Positions 29,072 to 45,152 are shown, counted from the first letter of the stretch. The stretch is 64,000 nucleotides of DNA from Chrysomallon squamiferum (GCA_012295275.1 CM022675.1:15748001-15812000); one strand, 5' to 3'. The notes: generated by a model from the sequence alone, not told the origin. Numbers and translations: made by a program.

Positions 29072-29841
29072 TATTATTTTTTAAATGAAGATGAATGGCT
29101 ATGACCCTCAGACAGAATAATATAGCTGAGATGACCTTTGTGAAGGTCATAATGACGTAATCTAGTATGCGTCATAAACTAGAAAGAACTAGAAACTAAT
29201 GTTACTATTTGTCAATACTGTCACCGGTTCCACAGATTTCGGCTAAAGTTTTCAGACTTCCTGGGTTATCTATCGCAGAAACACTTGTTGCTCATCTTTA
29301 ATGGCGCTTGTTGCTCATAAATACTTTTAGCTTCACTTGCAAACATTGGCAAGTCTTTCAAATTTGTTGTTCTCCATTTTTAATCTGCTAACTTTTAACC
29401 CGACCAAGAGCCTCGTTGTGTGAAGCGCAGATACCATACATTGTCTGTGAAAGTAAGGTAGAACTTGTGGAAATAAAATAAGTAAGAAAACTTTTAAAAA
29501 AATCTCTATAGCAGTATTTAGTTGTATTTCAAAGGTAGGACGAGGCTGTGAGGTGTTGAATTAAGTGTATTCAAACCTAATCACTCTGTTATCTGGTCAA
29601 ATCATTAATCACACATCCAGCTGATCCCGTAGATGCCGGATTAGTGATGATTGATCTGTAGTAGACGATGGAAATAAAACGTTATAGAACAGATATGTTA
29701 ATATTTGTTGAACTAGAAAGAAATTTAAAAAAAAAAAAAAAAACCTTTAATATGAGAGAAAAATAAATAAAAATATTATTATTTACAGTGAGATATTTAT
29801 TTGTTTATTTATTTACTTATTTAGTTATTTATGTATTTATG

Positions 29842-29875
<34 letters not shown>

Positions 29876-29972
29876 TGTATGTATGTATGTATGTATGTAT
29901 GTATGTATTATTATTATTATTATTATTGTTTTAATTAAAAAAAAAATTATTATTATTTATGTATGTATGCAT

Positions 29973-30019
<47 letters not shown>

Positions 30020-30457
30020 TTTGTTTATTTGTTTGTTTATTATTTAAATACCAGCACATGTATGTATTTAGGAACGAATATTTTTTTTAATATTTTGTTA
30101 CTTTTTGTACTGTTTTCTTCTATATGTTAATCATAAGCTAACTTGGTCTGTCTGTCTGTCTGTCAGTCTGTCAGGTCGAAGTAGGAAATAAATAAATTTA
30201 AAATACGTGTGCAGAGAAATCTAAGTGTATCTCTGCGTATACGTCTGTATGTGTGTGTGTGTGTGTCTGTGAGTGTGTGCGCGTGTAACTCTGCTGTGAA
30301 TGTGTGTGTGGATGTTGAATCCGTGCTTGTTTATTGGTTTTTATAACGTTATAATAAATAGAGAGTCTTATAGAAGGAAGGCTAGATGGATGAATGAAGA
30401 GTGCGAGTGAAAGAGAATATGAGAGAGTATAAGAGAATGAGAGATAGTGAAAGACAG

Positions 30458-30506
<49 letters not shown>

Positions 30507-33500
30507 GTTTTTATTATTATTCAAAGTTACGACTAAATAAGTTGCTGATGAAACGTCACTTAAATAAAAACGTAGTTACATGAAATGTTACTTAAATAAA
30601 AACGTAGTTACATGAATCGTAACTTAAACATGTTAGTCAGTGTGCGTGTCCGAGCTTGTGCAATCAGAAATGTTTGTACAGCGAATTGTTTTCAAATTAT
30701 GAATGCGTTAACCCAGATTTTAAACAATATTAACATACACAGCAATAAACGTGTGTCTCTCCGTTTCATGTCCAAGGGACAGTGATGAATAGACCAAACG
30801 AGATTGCAGATTAATGTCGAGACGCGAAAAAAGCCGCCATTTCCGGCAGCGCGTGGAGGGGTGTAACCTGATAACGTCTGTTTGCTGCGCGCGCTTGTGT
30901 CGGAGTACCAGTCGTGACGGCCATGACAGTGGAAACACGACGCGGGTTTATTAATATCGATCTTTTCCTCTCTCTCACTGTTAACACTATTCATCGTTTA
31001 AAAGCTGCCAAAATACCTGTCTAGTCCATAATTATTAAGTAATACGCTGCAAAATGCATTGATGCAGTGTCTGAACTTCTGTTGTCAAATAAAATGTTTT
31101 TGTCGGAATTATCCTGGATAGGAATTAATATTAATTTATCACGGATTCGTCTAGAAATTTGAAAATTCTGAAGGGAGAATATTTATATATTACATGTCAG
31201 TTTCAGCGATATTAAATGAAATTTTGAGAAATTGAAAATCATTACATGAACTCGGGCCCATAAAATTACGTTACTTTATTTATTTGTATTTTCTTGTCTT
31301 CAATCATATCATATATATCTTACTTTGAAGTCCGCTAAACACAATTTGCATTCAATAAATTAAATAGATTTTAACCTATCAGACAAATATAAATTTGTTT
31401 TTGTATTAAGATTTGTTTGTTAAGTAACGTCATTGTTATTCTGTTACAGAATCCCAGAAAAACGTGATGGTATTTTCTATTTTAAATTACACTGCAAGGA
31501 AACGAAAAGAGCCGAATAGAAGAGGTGATCTTTCGACCAGTTAATTTTACATCAGACATGAGCTGTTATATCCGAGTTGTGACTTGAGAAGAAGAAGAAG
31601 AAGAAGAATAAAACCAACAAACTAAAATAATTCAGTTTAAAAAAGTTGAAATCGAACAGTCTGAAAATTTCTACGAAGCAGACACAGAGATGGCATAAAC
31701 GGGGACATTTTTTTAAATTTATTTTTCTATTTATTTCTATATTTATAATTTAAAAAAATTTTTTTAATCTAAACTTCTTTTAAAACTTTCATTTTATTTA
31801 TTTATTTTTATTTATTTATTATAGTTTTTTCTTCTTCTTCTTCTTCTTTATTTCAAGCAGACACGGCATAATACGAGAAATTACTTAATCAGTTTGAAAT
31901 CAGTTTGTTCTGACTTCTCTAAAAGCCGCTGACTGGACAAGTTAATATTCGGTAATTGCTGCCATTAAATCCTCTGTCCACATAATTCTGTCGTTTTCTT
32001 TCTCAGGTTCCCGCAGCCGATGAACGCGGCCAGCAAAGCGAGGTAATCGAGCGAGATTTCAGATGAATCCACTTAGAAACAGGTAATTGTTCCCAGTCGC
32101 TTTTAATGACAACCATTAACTTATATGGACTTGCTGAATGACATACTGTCTTCGTTGTTTTATTATAGAATCATACACGACAGCGGCGAGCTTGTTGTTT
32201 GTAAATTCCTCCATTGTAGCACGCGCACCGGATGAACCAGATTTCAGATAATATTGTTTTGATGGCTTTCTCTGAGAAGAATAAATAATAAATAATAATA
32301 ACAAAAAAATTGTATACTCAGATACCTGAAAAGTAATTAACGACATTTTTTTATTGAATTTACTTATACATTTACAATCAATTTATTATTGTTTGTTTGT
32401 ATGACAAATATTAGTTTATCATGACCAGAGATGTCGGGATTGTTCAAAATGTACACTAATTGTTTACCTGATTTCTAACCCTTTTAAAACTAACTACAAA
32501 TTAGCATGAGATATTTGTTAACGGAGCATATGGACACATGTGTGTGGTATAGTTTATTAGCTTTAAGCCTTTCGACTCGTATACTTACATTTCACTCATT
32601 AAATAATTACATTTGACGAGTGGTTGGAGGCAGAACAGGTAAATATGTGGAGAACGAAGGAACTTTTTAATAATAACAGTTTTTCTTTTCTATTCTGTGC
32701 AGATATCTTCCTGATGTTTATTGAATTTTCACTATTGTACAACAGGTACAGATATATGTACGTGTTTGTGTGTGTTTGTGTGGGTGTCTATGTATACTTT
32801 TTTTAAAAGAAAACTCCTGGACCATTGAAATAATAACAACAACCACATCAACAACAGTAAAACAACAACACAACAATAACAACAACAACAACAACAATAA
32901 TAATAATAATAAAAGTGATAATGTATACAAAAAGAAGAATTTGTAATAATGATGATAATGAGATGATTATGTAATTATTACATGATGATAATAAACTGAT
33001 GATAATAATAACCAACATACGATGATAAATCTTTTAATACATTACAAATTGTGATCATGATCATCACCATTACGATGTTGATGATATATTAAACATGACA
33101 AGAATAATGACCAATTCGACTAGGTCAGGAATAACTGTAAAATGATGAGTATTATCGTACATGGTCATAATAGGATGGCAATGATGATACGATGAAGATA
33201 ATGACAATGACGTTGATGATAATGACGACGGTAATGACAACACTAAATGGTTAAAACCAAATGTTAAAACAAATCAACACTGTCTCACATTGCAGCTTTT
33301 TATAGTATACAGTCAGAAGTCGTGTTGCCTGACTAGAATCAGTTAGGACAGAGCGCTGTCGTTTCGATTGTTTCAGAATGTGTACACTCGCTTTGTTCCT
33401 GCTAATAAAGTTGAACAAAGCGTCTGGCTCATACGTAAAAGTGTGTTTTTTTTTGTACGGGTACAAAACAGGTAATCGCTTTTTATTTTTTTTAAGAACT

Positions 33501-34731
33501 TATCCGTTTTACGTAAAATGTTAACGTCTACTTAGAGCTTAGATATTCTGACGTGGGTGTACCAAGCCAGGAACTGGGTTGTCTGTGAGATTTCACACCT
33601 CGCAAAGAAAATACGTAGAAATTAAAATCGCCGTTATTTGGTATTTACTTGGATGTTTGTTATGTTTTTAAATGCAAGAGTTTTGACTGTTTCTTTACTT
33701 GGTTTGTGCTTATGCTTTTAAATGTAAGAGATATGACGTTTTATTACCCATTTTCTTGGGTCAGTCATAGTTTCTAAATACACCATTAACTGACTATCAT
33801 CTTAGTTCTATTACTGTGTTATATTATCACTTATTCTCTGGGTATTGTTTATAAATATGGAAATATCACTGTTTATTCTGATAACCTCTATGTTGCCACT
33901 GAAACAAACAGGAGACAAACGTAAGTTGATATTTTTGTGGACGGTTGTCAAAACCAGTCGAGTCGTCACGAGAAAACTGTCACTTCATGTTTGCTACGCT
34001 TTAATACGTTACCCTGGCTTTTGTCACAGCAGGCATTTATTTTATTTTTTTACAAAGACATCTCTCTCCTTCAGACGTAAAATCTTACAGCTTTTCAGTT
34101 TCTCAGAGTTTGCAGCGTATTACTCACGATCTGTGACATCAGTTTATATTTGTTATCCTTGAAACAGAAATCTGAGAGATTAAAAATGAAGAATATTATA
34201 TCACAGTGTGCATAATTATATCTGACGTTAATTGTTATTTTTGCAGGATGAATTTCCCAAACGCGGCATAGCAGGACCAGCGTCGTGTCTACTGCCAGAA
34301 TTTGCAGAATTCTGCAACGTTAATTTATTTCGCATATAAACTGCATTCTGTAGATGTTTGTTTGTTTGTTTTGTTCTTTTGTGTTTTTTATAGAGGTTTT
34401 TTTGGGGGGCGGGGAGGGTGGTTTATTTTCAGTGCAGAACGGTATGATAATGTCTACAAATGTCTTCAAATGTCTGCAAATGTCTACAAATATCAAAAAA
34501 CAAAGCACAAGACACGAAACTGTTCTCAGCGAGAAGGAACTGTAAAACTTCTCCTTTTTTTATTATTATTATTATTGTTGTTGTTGTTGTTGTTACTACT
34601 ACTATTACTCCTACTATTATTACTTTTACTGTTATTGTTGTTATTACTATTACTGTTACTGTTATTATTTTCTTACTATTATTATCATTATATTTATCAT
34701 TATCATTATTATTATCAACATTATCATATTC

Positions 34732-34778
<47 letters not shown>

Positions 34779-35844
34779 CCACGTGCTTATTCTCTATCTG
34801 TCTGTCTTTGTCTGACCTTGTTTACATGACATCTGCATCAACAACGACAACAACAATTATTATAATAATGATAAGACTTTTCTTTCCGACAAAAAAGAAA
34901 AGAAGAAGAAAGCTAGTATGGAAACTATTTTGGAATAATTAAATTAAGAAGCACAGAGATTATTTAATTTGGCACAAACGTATCAACTTAGACATTCTTT
35001 GCTGTTTGAATGACAGAACAAATTTAAGCACTGCCTGGACCGTTTGTTAGTTAGATACACGAATGACAATGTATATATGTGAAACAATCGATTATTGCAA
35101 TAAAATTTGCTTCAGATAAGAAAAGTGAAATTATAGCTGACATTTAGATATTTTCAACGCCAAATAAAAAGATAAATAAACAATTTTACCCTTTTTTCAT
35201 CCTTTTTTTTTTTCTTCGCAGAAAGTTACTGGATACAGAAGGCATTAATATTAATAATAATAATGTTTTTTTTTTAAATTCATTTTTTCCCGGTTATAAC
35301 AACAACAACACTAACAACAATAATAATTAGTATAATATTAACAACAACAACAACAACAACAACAATAATAATAATAATAATAATAATAATGACAATAACA
35401 ATAGCATCCACAACAACAACAATAATAATTAGAAAAAGAAGAAGAAGAAGAAGAGGAAGAAGTAGATGATAATGGAAGCAAAATAGAAGTAGACAAAGAA
35501 ATAAAAATAAATTGCTACACAATAATGATGATGTCTTCATAATATGATGATATTGTTGCTGTTATGATAATGAAAAGATTATGAATGTGCCATCGTTTTA
35601 CAAAAATTTGCAATTCTTTGTATAAATATATAAAAATATAAATATATAAATGCAGTAAACGATGATAATAGTTAATGTTTATCTGCAAGGAGGCGATCAC
35701 ATTTCAAAGAAAAAAAGTACAAATTTAAAAATAAAATTATCTAATATAAAGATACCAGATAACGTCATTTTAGTATTCTTTAGTAAAGAAATCAGTAAAA
35801 TAGTAGTAGTAACGTCATTTTAGTAGTAATAGTAGTAGTAGTAA

Positions 35845-35934
<90 letters not shown>

Positions 35935-36521
35935 TGTATGTATTTATTTATTTAAACAAAGGCTAGTAAAGGAACAACTATACACATGAAGAGGCATACA
36001 TACATATGCATACAAACAAACAAACAAACAAGCTATAAACATACATGCATACAGACACATACGCAAACGCATTCATTTACATATATACAAATACACAAAC
36101 GTATACATACCTACATAGATTCACACACATATACATACGTACCTACCTACATACACACACACACACACACACCCACACACACACACGCCCACACACACAC
36201 ACACTTTCGCTCCACATCGGGGCAATCTGAGTTCATGGTGCGAGGCCATTTTAATATTTATTAAAAACAAAAATGTTTTCCTGCCATGCAAAATAAGTAA
36301 TTTACGAGATAAAAAGTAGGTGTAGGACATGTGTTATGCATGTTTTAATTTAGGAAGCATCAAAAACTGCCTGGGGGTGTGAATCAAGGTTTTATAATTG
36401 TTGCGATGGAACGTGACAACAGATTGAAACATAAATTAGGAAATAAAAATTTAGGCAACGTTTTTAAGTTATACTGATTTAGTTACTTATTGCTTACTGT
36501 CTTATTTATTTATATCCTTTA

Positions 36522-36560
<39 letters not shown>

Positions 36561-36577
36561 CATCATCATCATCAACA

Positions 36578-36633
<56 letters not shown>

Positions 36634-39600
36634 GTTATTGTTATTGTTATTGTTATTGTTATTATTGTTATTATTATTACTATTATTTGACTTTCGCCGT
36701 TGGTATATGAATTCATTTCTTTTATGGATTTAAAAATCAGTCATCCAATTATCTTTTTTCTTTTCTAAATCAAATAAATTATTTTCGAAAGAATAAGAGA
36801 GTCACAGTACTATTTAAAACTTAAAATTTACATTTAAAAGTGGAAAAAGTAATGAGAAATGTTTTTTAAAACTCGAGAACAAAAACAGGTACGTGTTTTT
36901 TTTTAACAATTACGTGATGAGAAGATTCAGTTTCAGAGCAATTTTCTTTTCAAATCGGAACTTTCTCTCCTACAGCGGAACAAAAATGACGTCTGCGCGA
37001 GTTGCGTAGCCGCAGGAATCACAGCACGCACGGAGAGGACAGATTTAAAAAATAAAGCGATGTGAAGAGAGGTGACTTTTTAATTGCATCACGAAATAAC
37101 TTTATTTTTGATTTTTCACTAACGAGTTTTTAGTGGTAAGGGTGTGGCAATTGCAGTATTTGTAACAGTAGTAGTAGTAGTAGTAGTAGTTGTTAGTGGG
37201 GATATAATGATAATACTAGCAGCAGAAGCCGCAGTTGTAGTAGCAGTAGTAGTAGTTGTTGTTGTTGTTGTTATAGTGATGGTCGTGCTAACGCACGTAA
37301 TAAAAGAAAAAGAACAGCAACAATGAAAACTAATTAATTAATATGAAAGTTAGCCAAAGAGCAAATCCAGATTGTACAGTTTCTCGTTTCTGTGATATAT
37401 CTTTATTTTATTATTTGTATTTCCTTAGACTGCATGATGTATTAAGAAAAATAAAATGTCATCCTATTTGATCCTGTGCTGTAAAATAAAAGTACAAAGG
37501 ATTCTGTTTCTATTTCGTTTATTAATATAACCAAGTTTGACTGTGTACCGCTTATTAGTACATTCAAATCAATTCGGATTCAATGCTGCGTTCGATTTGC
37601 GTACACACTCGTCACTATTTTTATTTATTTATATATTTATTTATTTATTTCTATTTTTAATGTATTAGTTTTATTTAACATATACATATATTATTTTATT
37701 TTAATTTTTCTACTAATTCTTCTTCTTGTTGTTCTTGGTAATGATGATGATGTTGCTGATTACAGTATTCTTCTGTTTTCGTTATTTTTAACATTATTAT
37801 TTTATTTACCTGATGAAATTTTGTCCTTATGTTAATTCGATTGTCAGTGGACAATAAATAAGGAGAAGAAGAAAAAAAAGTGAAAAAAAAAGAGATAAAT
37901 GTCAGACTACAAATGAAATTATCAACGTGAAATATATGTCATTCCCACCTAAATAATATAAATAAATAAATAAAAATAAAGATAAATAAATAAATAAAGA
38001 TAAATAAAGATAAATAAATTATAAAAATAAATGATTAAATAAATAAAATAATAAATGAAACAAATAAATAAATAAATAAAAATGAAGATAAATAAATAAA
38101 TAAATGGGTGACTGAAGACTGAATGAATAAAAATAAATAAATTATTAGTGAGTGAATGAACGAATGAATGATAAGTAAATAAATAAATAAATAAATAAAC
38201 AGAACAACTAAAACAAATAAATAATAAAAAAAAAAAAAAGCAACCAGCGAGTGAATGAACGAATAAAACAGCTCTAAAAAGCATCAATCACGGGAGAGGT
38301 ATCTGGAAGCATTCAGTCCTCATGCTTTCTATTACATGAAATAAATTTTAACAATTTTCTGCTCGTTTGCGCTCAAAGTGCACCGAAACTCTAATGTGAT
38401 AAGGGAGTGACGTAAAATCGTTGATTGTCGTCAGGTCTTGAGAGGAACATTAACGTCCTGCGTAGGAGTAGCCAGAGCAAATATCGTGTAAGAAACACAT
38501 TAGTATCCGTTCTCGATGAATCAGCGACCTCTCTGATCCGTACAGCTGTCAGTCCAGTAAGTGACAGGTCGTTTAGGAAACGTGTGAAATATTGTACATT
38601 ATCGAATAAACTGACACAGCGAGAAGGAAGAAGGAATGAAGGACGGAGTGAAGAACAAAAGATGGAATAGACGAACGGCTGAACGAAGAAACTAGGAAAG
38701 AAACGAAAGAAAAAAAAAATGAAAAGAAAATTAAGAAACAAAAACAAGAAAGAAAAAAGATACAAAGATGAGAAAGAAAATATGGTTTATCATTCAGTAG
38801 AGCTGAGAGGGTAGAGCGGTCGCGTACAAAGTGATAGGTCGAATAATCAATAATCTATAGTCAATCATCCTTAATCAGTAATTAGTAACAAATAATCAAA
38901 CATCTTTCTAACAGACTTTGTTCCTCAACGACTAGTGTCCGACACTGATACACCAATCGTATCGGATAGTAACAAACGAGGAGACAAAGAACATGTTTTC
39001 TATGACAAGCGAAAAATGAATCTTTGCTGTTAATGCCTGAGTATTCCTTGAAATGACTGCAGCGAGTTTCCTCTCATATCACCAGGAACATCACTTAATA
39101 CCTCTTAACACATACTCATTGTGTGCTACGTTGTTAATTTTTGGTATGAAGCATGCGAAAGAATAATACGCACGTGACCCTTTATGACGTAACTGGAACG
39201 AAACAGCACAACCTCCTTTGAAATCTGATTCAGCAATAGCAGACGTATACTTTGAATTTGAAAATATCTGAAATGATAAAAAGTGTAAAGAAAAATAACA
39301 GCAACAACAACAACACAAATAATACTAATACCAATAATAATAACAAACAATAAATGAATCAAATATAAGTAAATAAACATATATAAGTATGTATGTATGT
39401 ATGTATGTATGTGTGTGTATGTACATGTTTATATATATATATATATATATGTACATGTGTGTATGTATGATATGTGGGTGTGTGTGTGTGTGTGTGTGTG
39501 TGTGTCTGTATGTGTGTGCAAGTGTGTGTAAATCGATAAACGAACAATCAATCAAACAAACAAACAAATAAACACGAGAGACGAAATCATTTTTCTTAAT

Positions 39601-40009
39601 TTCCTTTCTGCCAAATGTAAAAATATTTTATTTGTTAGCCTCACGTATTTGTATTTCATTTTTTACACCGAGCCTCGTTTTGAGATCTTTCGTCGTAACA
39701 TCGTTTTGTACCGGGCCTCCCTGGGTGGGAATTTAATCATGACAAATGGACGAGTTCGCATTTTGTTTTGTTTTTTTGGTTTCTGAAGTTTCTTTATCAA
39801 GAACCCTTACAAAAACGTTTATGAATATTTACGACTTAGTGAACACAGTCTGAGAAGCTACGAAAATTACTACCTGCAGTGCATAACGTTTACGTGCAAA
39901 TTTTAACTGAAAGAGAATAGGTTACAGTTTTAATAGACTAAATAATAAATAATAAATAAAAATTGAAAATAAATGTTGAAACGAAATATATTCTGTTGGG
40001 AGTTACAAT

Positions 40010-40057
<48 letters not shown>

Positions 40058-40299
40058 GTACATACATATATATACACATAAATATATATATCAACAAATG
40101 ACTGAGAAATCACAATATATTTCAAAAATTGACGTAAATAAATAAATAAATAATGAAAAGAATAAAAACAACCGCAACCAAAACAAATAAACATATATGT
40201 ATACTCACATACACACACACTCACACACCTGCACGCACTGACACACATATACATACAAATATACATATATATACATACATACATACATACATACATACA

Positions 40300-40335
<36 letters not shown>

Positions 40336-40358
40336 TATATATCAAATCTGTTATAAAG

Positions 40359-40455
<97 letters not shown>

Positions 40456-41014
40456 AAAGTTAAAACGTATATACACTATGCAGATATTACTTGTTAACGA
40501 CCAGATAAAGTATGTAGCAATGATATGTTTATGAGAAGACTGAACCATCACCAGTTTTTTATTTGCGTATTTTAAAAACAATAATCGCTGTAAATTTAAT
40601 TTCCAAGTAAAATGATATTTCCCTCTGGTCAATTTTCAAACACAATATTGCAGGCAAGCAATCGATAATTTCATGCTTCTGTTTCTTTCTATTCTTCTTT
40701 TTTTTTTTTTTTCTTCTTTTTTTTAATGTGAACTTGTTGAACTCGGCCATTTGTATCTTGGGAACGACCCAGGATCCATTAAGCTGATGCAATTATATGT
40801 CCTAAAAACAAAAGAAACGAATTTTACAAGAAATGTTAAATTTGAAAATTTCGGTAAACTAATTTTTCAGGATTTTTCTTTTTCATTTTAGTTTTCTTTT
40901 ATTCTTATTTATTCCTTTTTGTTTATTTAATTTTCGAATTTTATTTATATATTCATTCATTCATTCATTCATTTTTTTTATTTATATTTTGTTTTTATTC
41001 TTTGTTTTTTTTGT

Positions 41015-41079
<65 letters not shown>

Positions 41080-42164
41080 CCTTAGATTTCATTTTAGAAT
41101 GAATCATTTATGTTTTGTTCACCATATTTCATTCTTTTTCTTTCTTTCACATTTTTCTTTTTCTATCTACATTCGTCGAATTTCTTTCTTATTATTGTTT
41201 TCTTTTTCGTTTTTTTTTTCACTTTTTAAACTTTTTAACACTAACATTGTAAGACACTGATTAACGATTCTGTTCTGCTGTCGCCTTTATGGCAGTTCTC
41301 AACCCTCTTCTCATACTATTTAATTTCCTCTTCATTTCCTGTGAACTTTCAGTTGTATCATACTGACAGCATCAAGCCATACCGCGGCCTTTCCAGCTCT
41401 CGTCAACAACAACAACGACAGTAGTAGCTAATTATTTTGCGCACACAGACGGAGGGAAGCGTCGGAGTCAATCACTGTACAAAAGCGGGATAATTACAAG
41501 CTTAATGGCCGCGTTTGTTCCTCCAGTTAGTCGTTTCGGTAGAAATATTTTAGCATACAGTTCGCTAAGGTCCCGAATTTTCGTTTCAGTTTAATGAAAT
41601 TCCAAACTGAGATGTGAGACCCTTACTTCGATAACGAGGCAGGGAAAGGTTAATTGATGATTTGGACAATAAAAACGATAGAAATAGAAATAATAATAAA
41701 TAAAATGAATTAGACACAAAGTTAATGCTATAATTATGTTCTAGCAAACGCGAACACAACAACTGTGATAAAGTAACAACCACGACAACAACAAAGAGGA
41801 CGGAGAAAAACAAGACTTCATAATTAATGCAATATATTATAATAACTTTGTTTTATAGCAGATACTGTTTCACGAAAGTTTAATTTTGTTTATTTCCAAC
41901 TAATTTACAAAAATGATCATTCAGATCAAAACAGAATATTTGTTTAAGGTTGTCTGAATAGAACAACCCATAATAATGTCTCCCCGGTTTTCCTTTACTT
42001 ATAATGGCAAAACATAAAGATGCAGAAAGTAGTGAAAGTGAAATAATAAAAAAATATAAAAAAAATAAAATATTTGCCGCTCTAAGAATATGTCGGCACA
42101 AGCTGAAATTCTTTAAAATTCAATAACCATGGCTACGATACTGGCACGTTAGGACGCTACCTTT

Positions 42165-42246
42165 TCTTTGCGCTCTAAGCACGTGCACCTTTACCTTTGC
42201 GCTCTAAGCACGTGCACCTTTACCTTTGCGCTCTAAGCACGTGCAC
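42165..42246. repeat. 29-bp tandem repeat (CTTTGCGCTCTAAGCACGTGCACCTTTAC) x~3, each with an E-box CACGTG
   Basis: Visible. Confidence 0.9.
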
Positions 42247-43874
42247 ATAAAGCTTAATGGTTAATCCTGGCTGCACGTAAGTAAAAGCCGCAGATCAAAG
42301 CATAATGTTTAACGATTACTGGCGTAGGAAAGCAACACGTGTGCTCCAACATTTCTGTGAGGAAAATAAGCCAGAGAAGATGAACTACGTCATTAGAAAC
42401 TGATCAGAACTGTAACAACATCATTGAGCTACAAAATTAATCCTAACAATGTTTTCTGTGATTGCGTAATGATTGAATTATTATACAGAGATAACGTGAT
42501 GGTAGTTCTGATACTTTAAGATCATCAAAGAAAGGTGTACTTTACAGTAATTCCAGCGTATTAGCGTACTAGATTGCACAAATTAACCGACACGATTTAA
42601 CCGTGTACTGGACGGTACTGTAACTTAATGGCGTCAGTTTTATTCCAAGCGTGATTTCGTTAATGACTATTATCGTTCTAAAAATCTTCGCTCGGATTAT
42701 TACGAAGATTTCTTCATCAGTGATCGCAATCTAAATTCTGAGAAGGTTCTTCTGATGTCTATTTGCGTTCATTATTGTACAAGTTTTCTCAAGCATTAAA
42801 CAGACATTTCAGATTGTGTTAAAATAAGCGATGCAAATTAGGCTGCATTTGTAAGATAGTAAATTGCGTTAATGCAATGTCTCTTGTTATCGCAGATATT
42901 ACTCCGTCGATAGTAATTAAAACTGACAGATTACAGTCACGTACCAGACCCAGAACAAACCACAAGAATGGAATATCGATATTTTAAATTCACTGTTACA
43001 GAAAAAGAAACAATAAAAGAAAAAGAATTGGAAGTTCACAAAATTTAAATAAAGATGAAAAAAAAAAGAAAGAAATGAAGTAAAAACAAAAATAACTAAT
43101 TGACAAAAAATAGTAATAAAAAAAAGTAAGAAGAAGAAAAAACAATATTCGATTCGTTCTTATTCCCTTATTCTCCTCAGTACTTTTCACTGTTAATAAA
43201 CTTCGAAAGAAAAAAGTATCCCAGTGGAAAGAGAGAGGGTGGAAACAAGAATAATAATACGAGATAAAACACGCAAAGAATAATAATAATCATGACGGTA
43301 AACCATTTTTTATCTTACGTGGTATGGCCCTTAACCCATACCATAATAGGGCCTCGTTCAAGTTGTGGAAAGTTTCTGAGCGATGTTTAGATGTACTGTT
43401 TTCTGTGTTTCTTTAACTTAGCAAATTGGTCCTAACTTATTTACTAAGCCACGGATTGCAGTTTAGTTTATACCTACATTAGAATCCGCTGTTAATTAAC
43501 TTTTTATTTTTTATAATATTTTATATTGTTGTACTTTTAACATTTTTGAAAGAGTCAGTATCATATTTACTTTTTACCTAAATAGCTTACTTTAATACAG
43601 TTTAACATCTCGGAATTAATCTGTATGTATCCTTAAAGTAAATAAATAAATTAACCATTCATTTCTGCAAATATTTCTAACAATATATAATAATTAAATA
43701 TCTACTGCTAGTTAAAAGTAATCCAATTACTGTAATCACTTAACAATTAACGATCATTAGCGAGAGACAAAAGGAATTTTTGTCATTTCCGCTCTGCTGA
43801 CTTCAGGGAAGTCCACGACGTGTTTATTTAACTAAAAGACAAAAGAGAGGAGAGACCACAGAGAACACAGAGAA

Positions 43875-44345
43875 GACACGGGTGGGATTGAGGACACGGG
43901 TGGGACTGAGGACACGGGTGGGATTGAGGACACGGGTGGGATTGAGGACACTGGTGGGATTGAGGACACGGGTGGGATTGAGGACACGGGTGGGATTGAG
44001 GACATGGGTGGGATTGAGGACACGGGTGGGATTGAGGACATGGGTGGGATTGAGGACACGGGTGGGATTGAGGACACGGGTGGGATTGAGGACACGGGTG
44101 GGATTGAGGACACGGGTGGGACTGAGGACACGGGTGGGATTGAGGACACGGGTGGGACTGAGGACACGGGGGGGATTGAGGACATGGGTGGGATTGAGGA
44201 CACTGGTGGGATTGAGGACACGGGTGGAATTGAGGACACGGGTGGGATTGAGGACATGGGTGGGACGGGTGGGATTGAGAACACTGGTGGGATTTGGGAT
44301 TGAGGACACGGGTGGGACTGAGGACACGGGTGGGATTGAGGACAT
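43875..44345. repeat. 18-bp G-rich minisatellite (GACACGGGTGGGATTGAG)n, ~26 copies
   Basis: Visible near-perfect array. Explains four overlapping repeat ORFs. Confidence 0.95.
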
Positions 44346-44881
44346 TGGGTAGGATAGAGGACAGGCAATTTATGTTGGTAACTACATTTTGCGTTATCTT
44401 TGTTTAAGTCGGAAGCAGGGACAAATGGTTATCCTGTTTCTGTATGCTCCGTTTGATTTGTTGATCAATTTGATGTAGTCTGTTCATTCTCCACAGAGAG
44501 TCTGAGTTATATATTTATTTCTAACAAAACCTGTTAGGGAAAATTAAAAGAATTAAGAATTATATTATTTCATTTAACACCAACTCCCACGTCCTCAACC
44601 ACTAAATAATAAGAATACACGTATAATATAAATAATTATCTTTGCAATATAAATATTATGTTTTGTTTTGGTGTTCATAGCGGATAGTTAATATTATATA
44701 TAGTTTATATCTGTAGTAAAGGCAAATATATATATCTGTTATAATCAATCGTCAGTTTGTTAATTGCACAGTCAGCGGGTTACCCAAAGGCGCAAACACT
44801 AGACAAGGAACGAGCCATATTTTAATAGGGTTGTTAGCACTTGAAAGCTAACACCTCTTATGTGCTGGGTCCCATGACGAC

Positions 44882-44920
<39 letters not shown>

Positions 44921-45011
44921 TTTCTATGTCGGTATTGTGATTAAATTTAAAACGATATGTAAGATATATACTGTTTTTTTTTATTTATTTATGTATATTT
45001 ATTATTATTAT

Positions 45012-45058
<47 letters not shown>

Positions 45059-45152
45059 ATAGTAGTAGTAATATTGACCGATTTTTATTACTGTTATTTT
45101 AGCGTGAGAGATAAATATGTGTTAGCAGATGAAATAATATTTATACAATACA

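Noticed and set aside
43824-44368. Four overlapping 99-178 aa repeat ORFs
   Set aside because: Artefact of an 18-bp minisatellite open in several frames on both strands.
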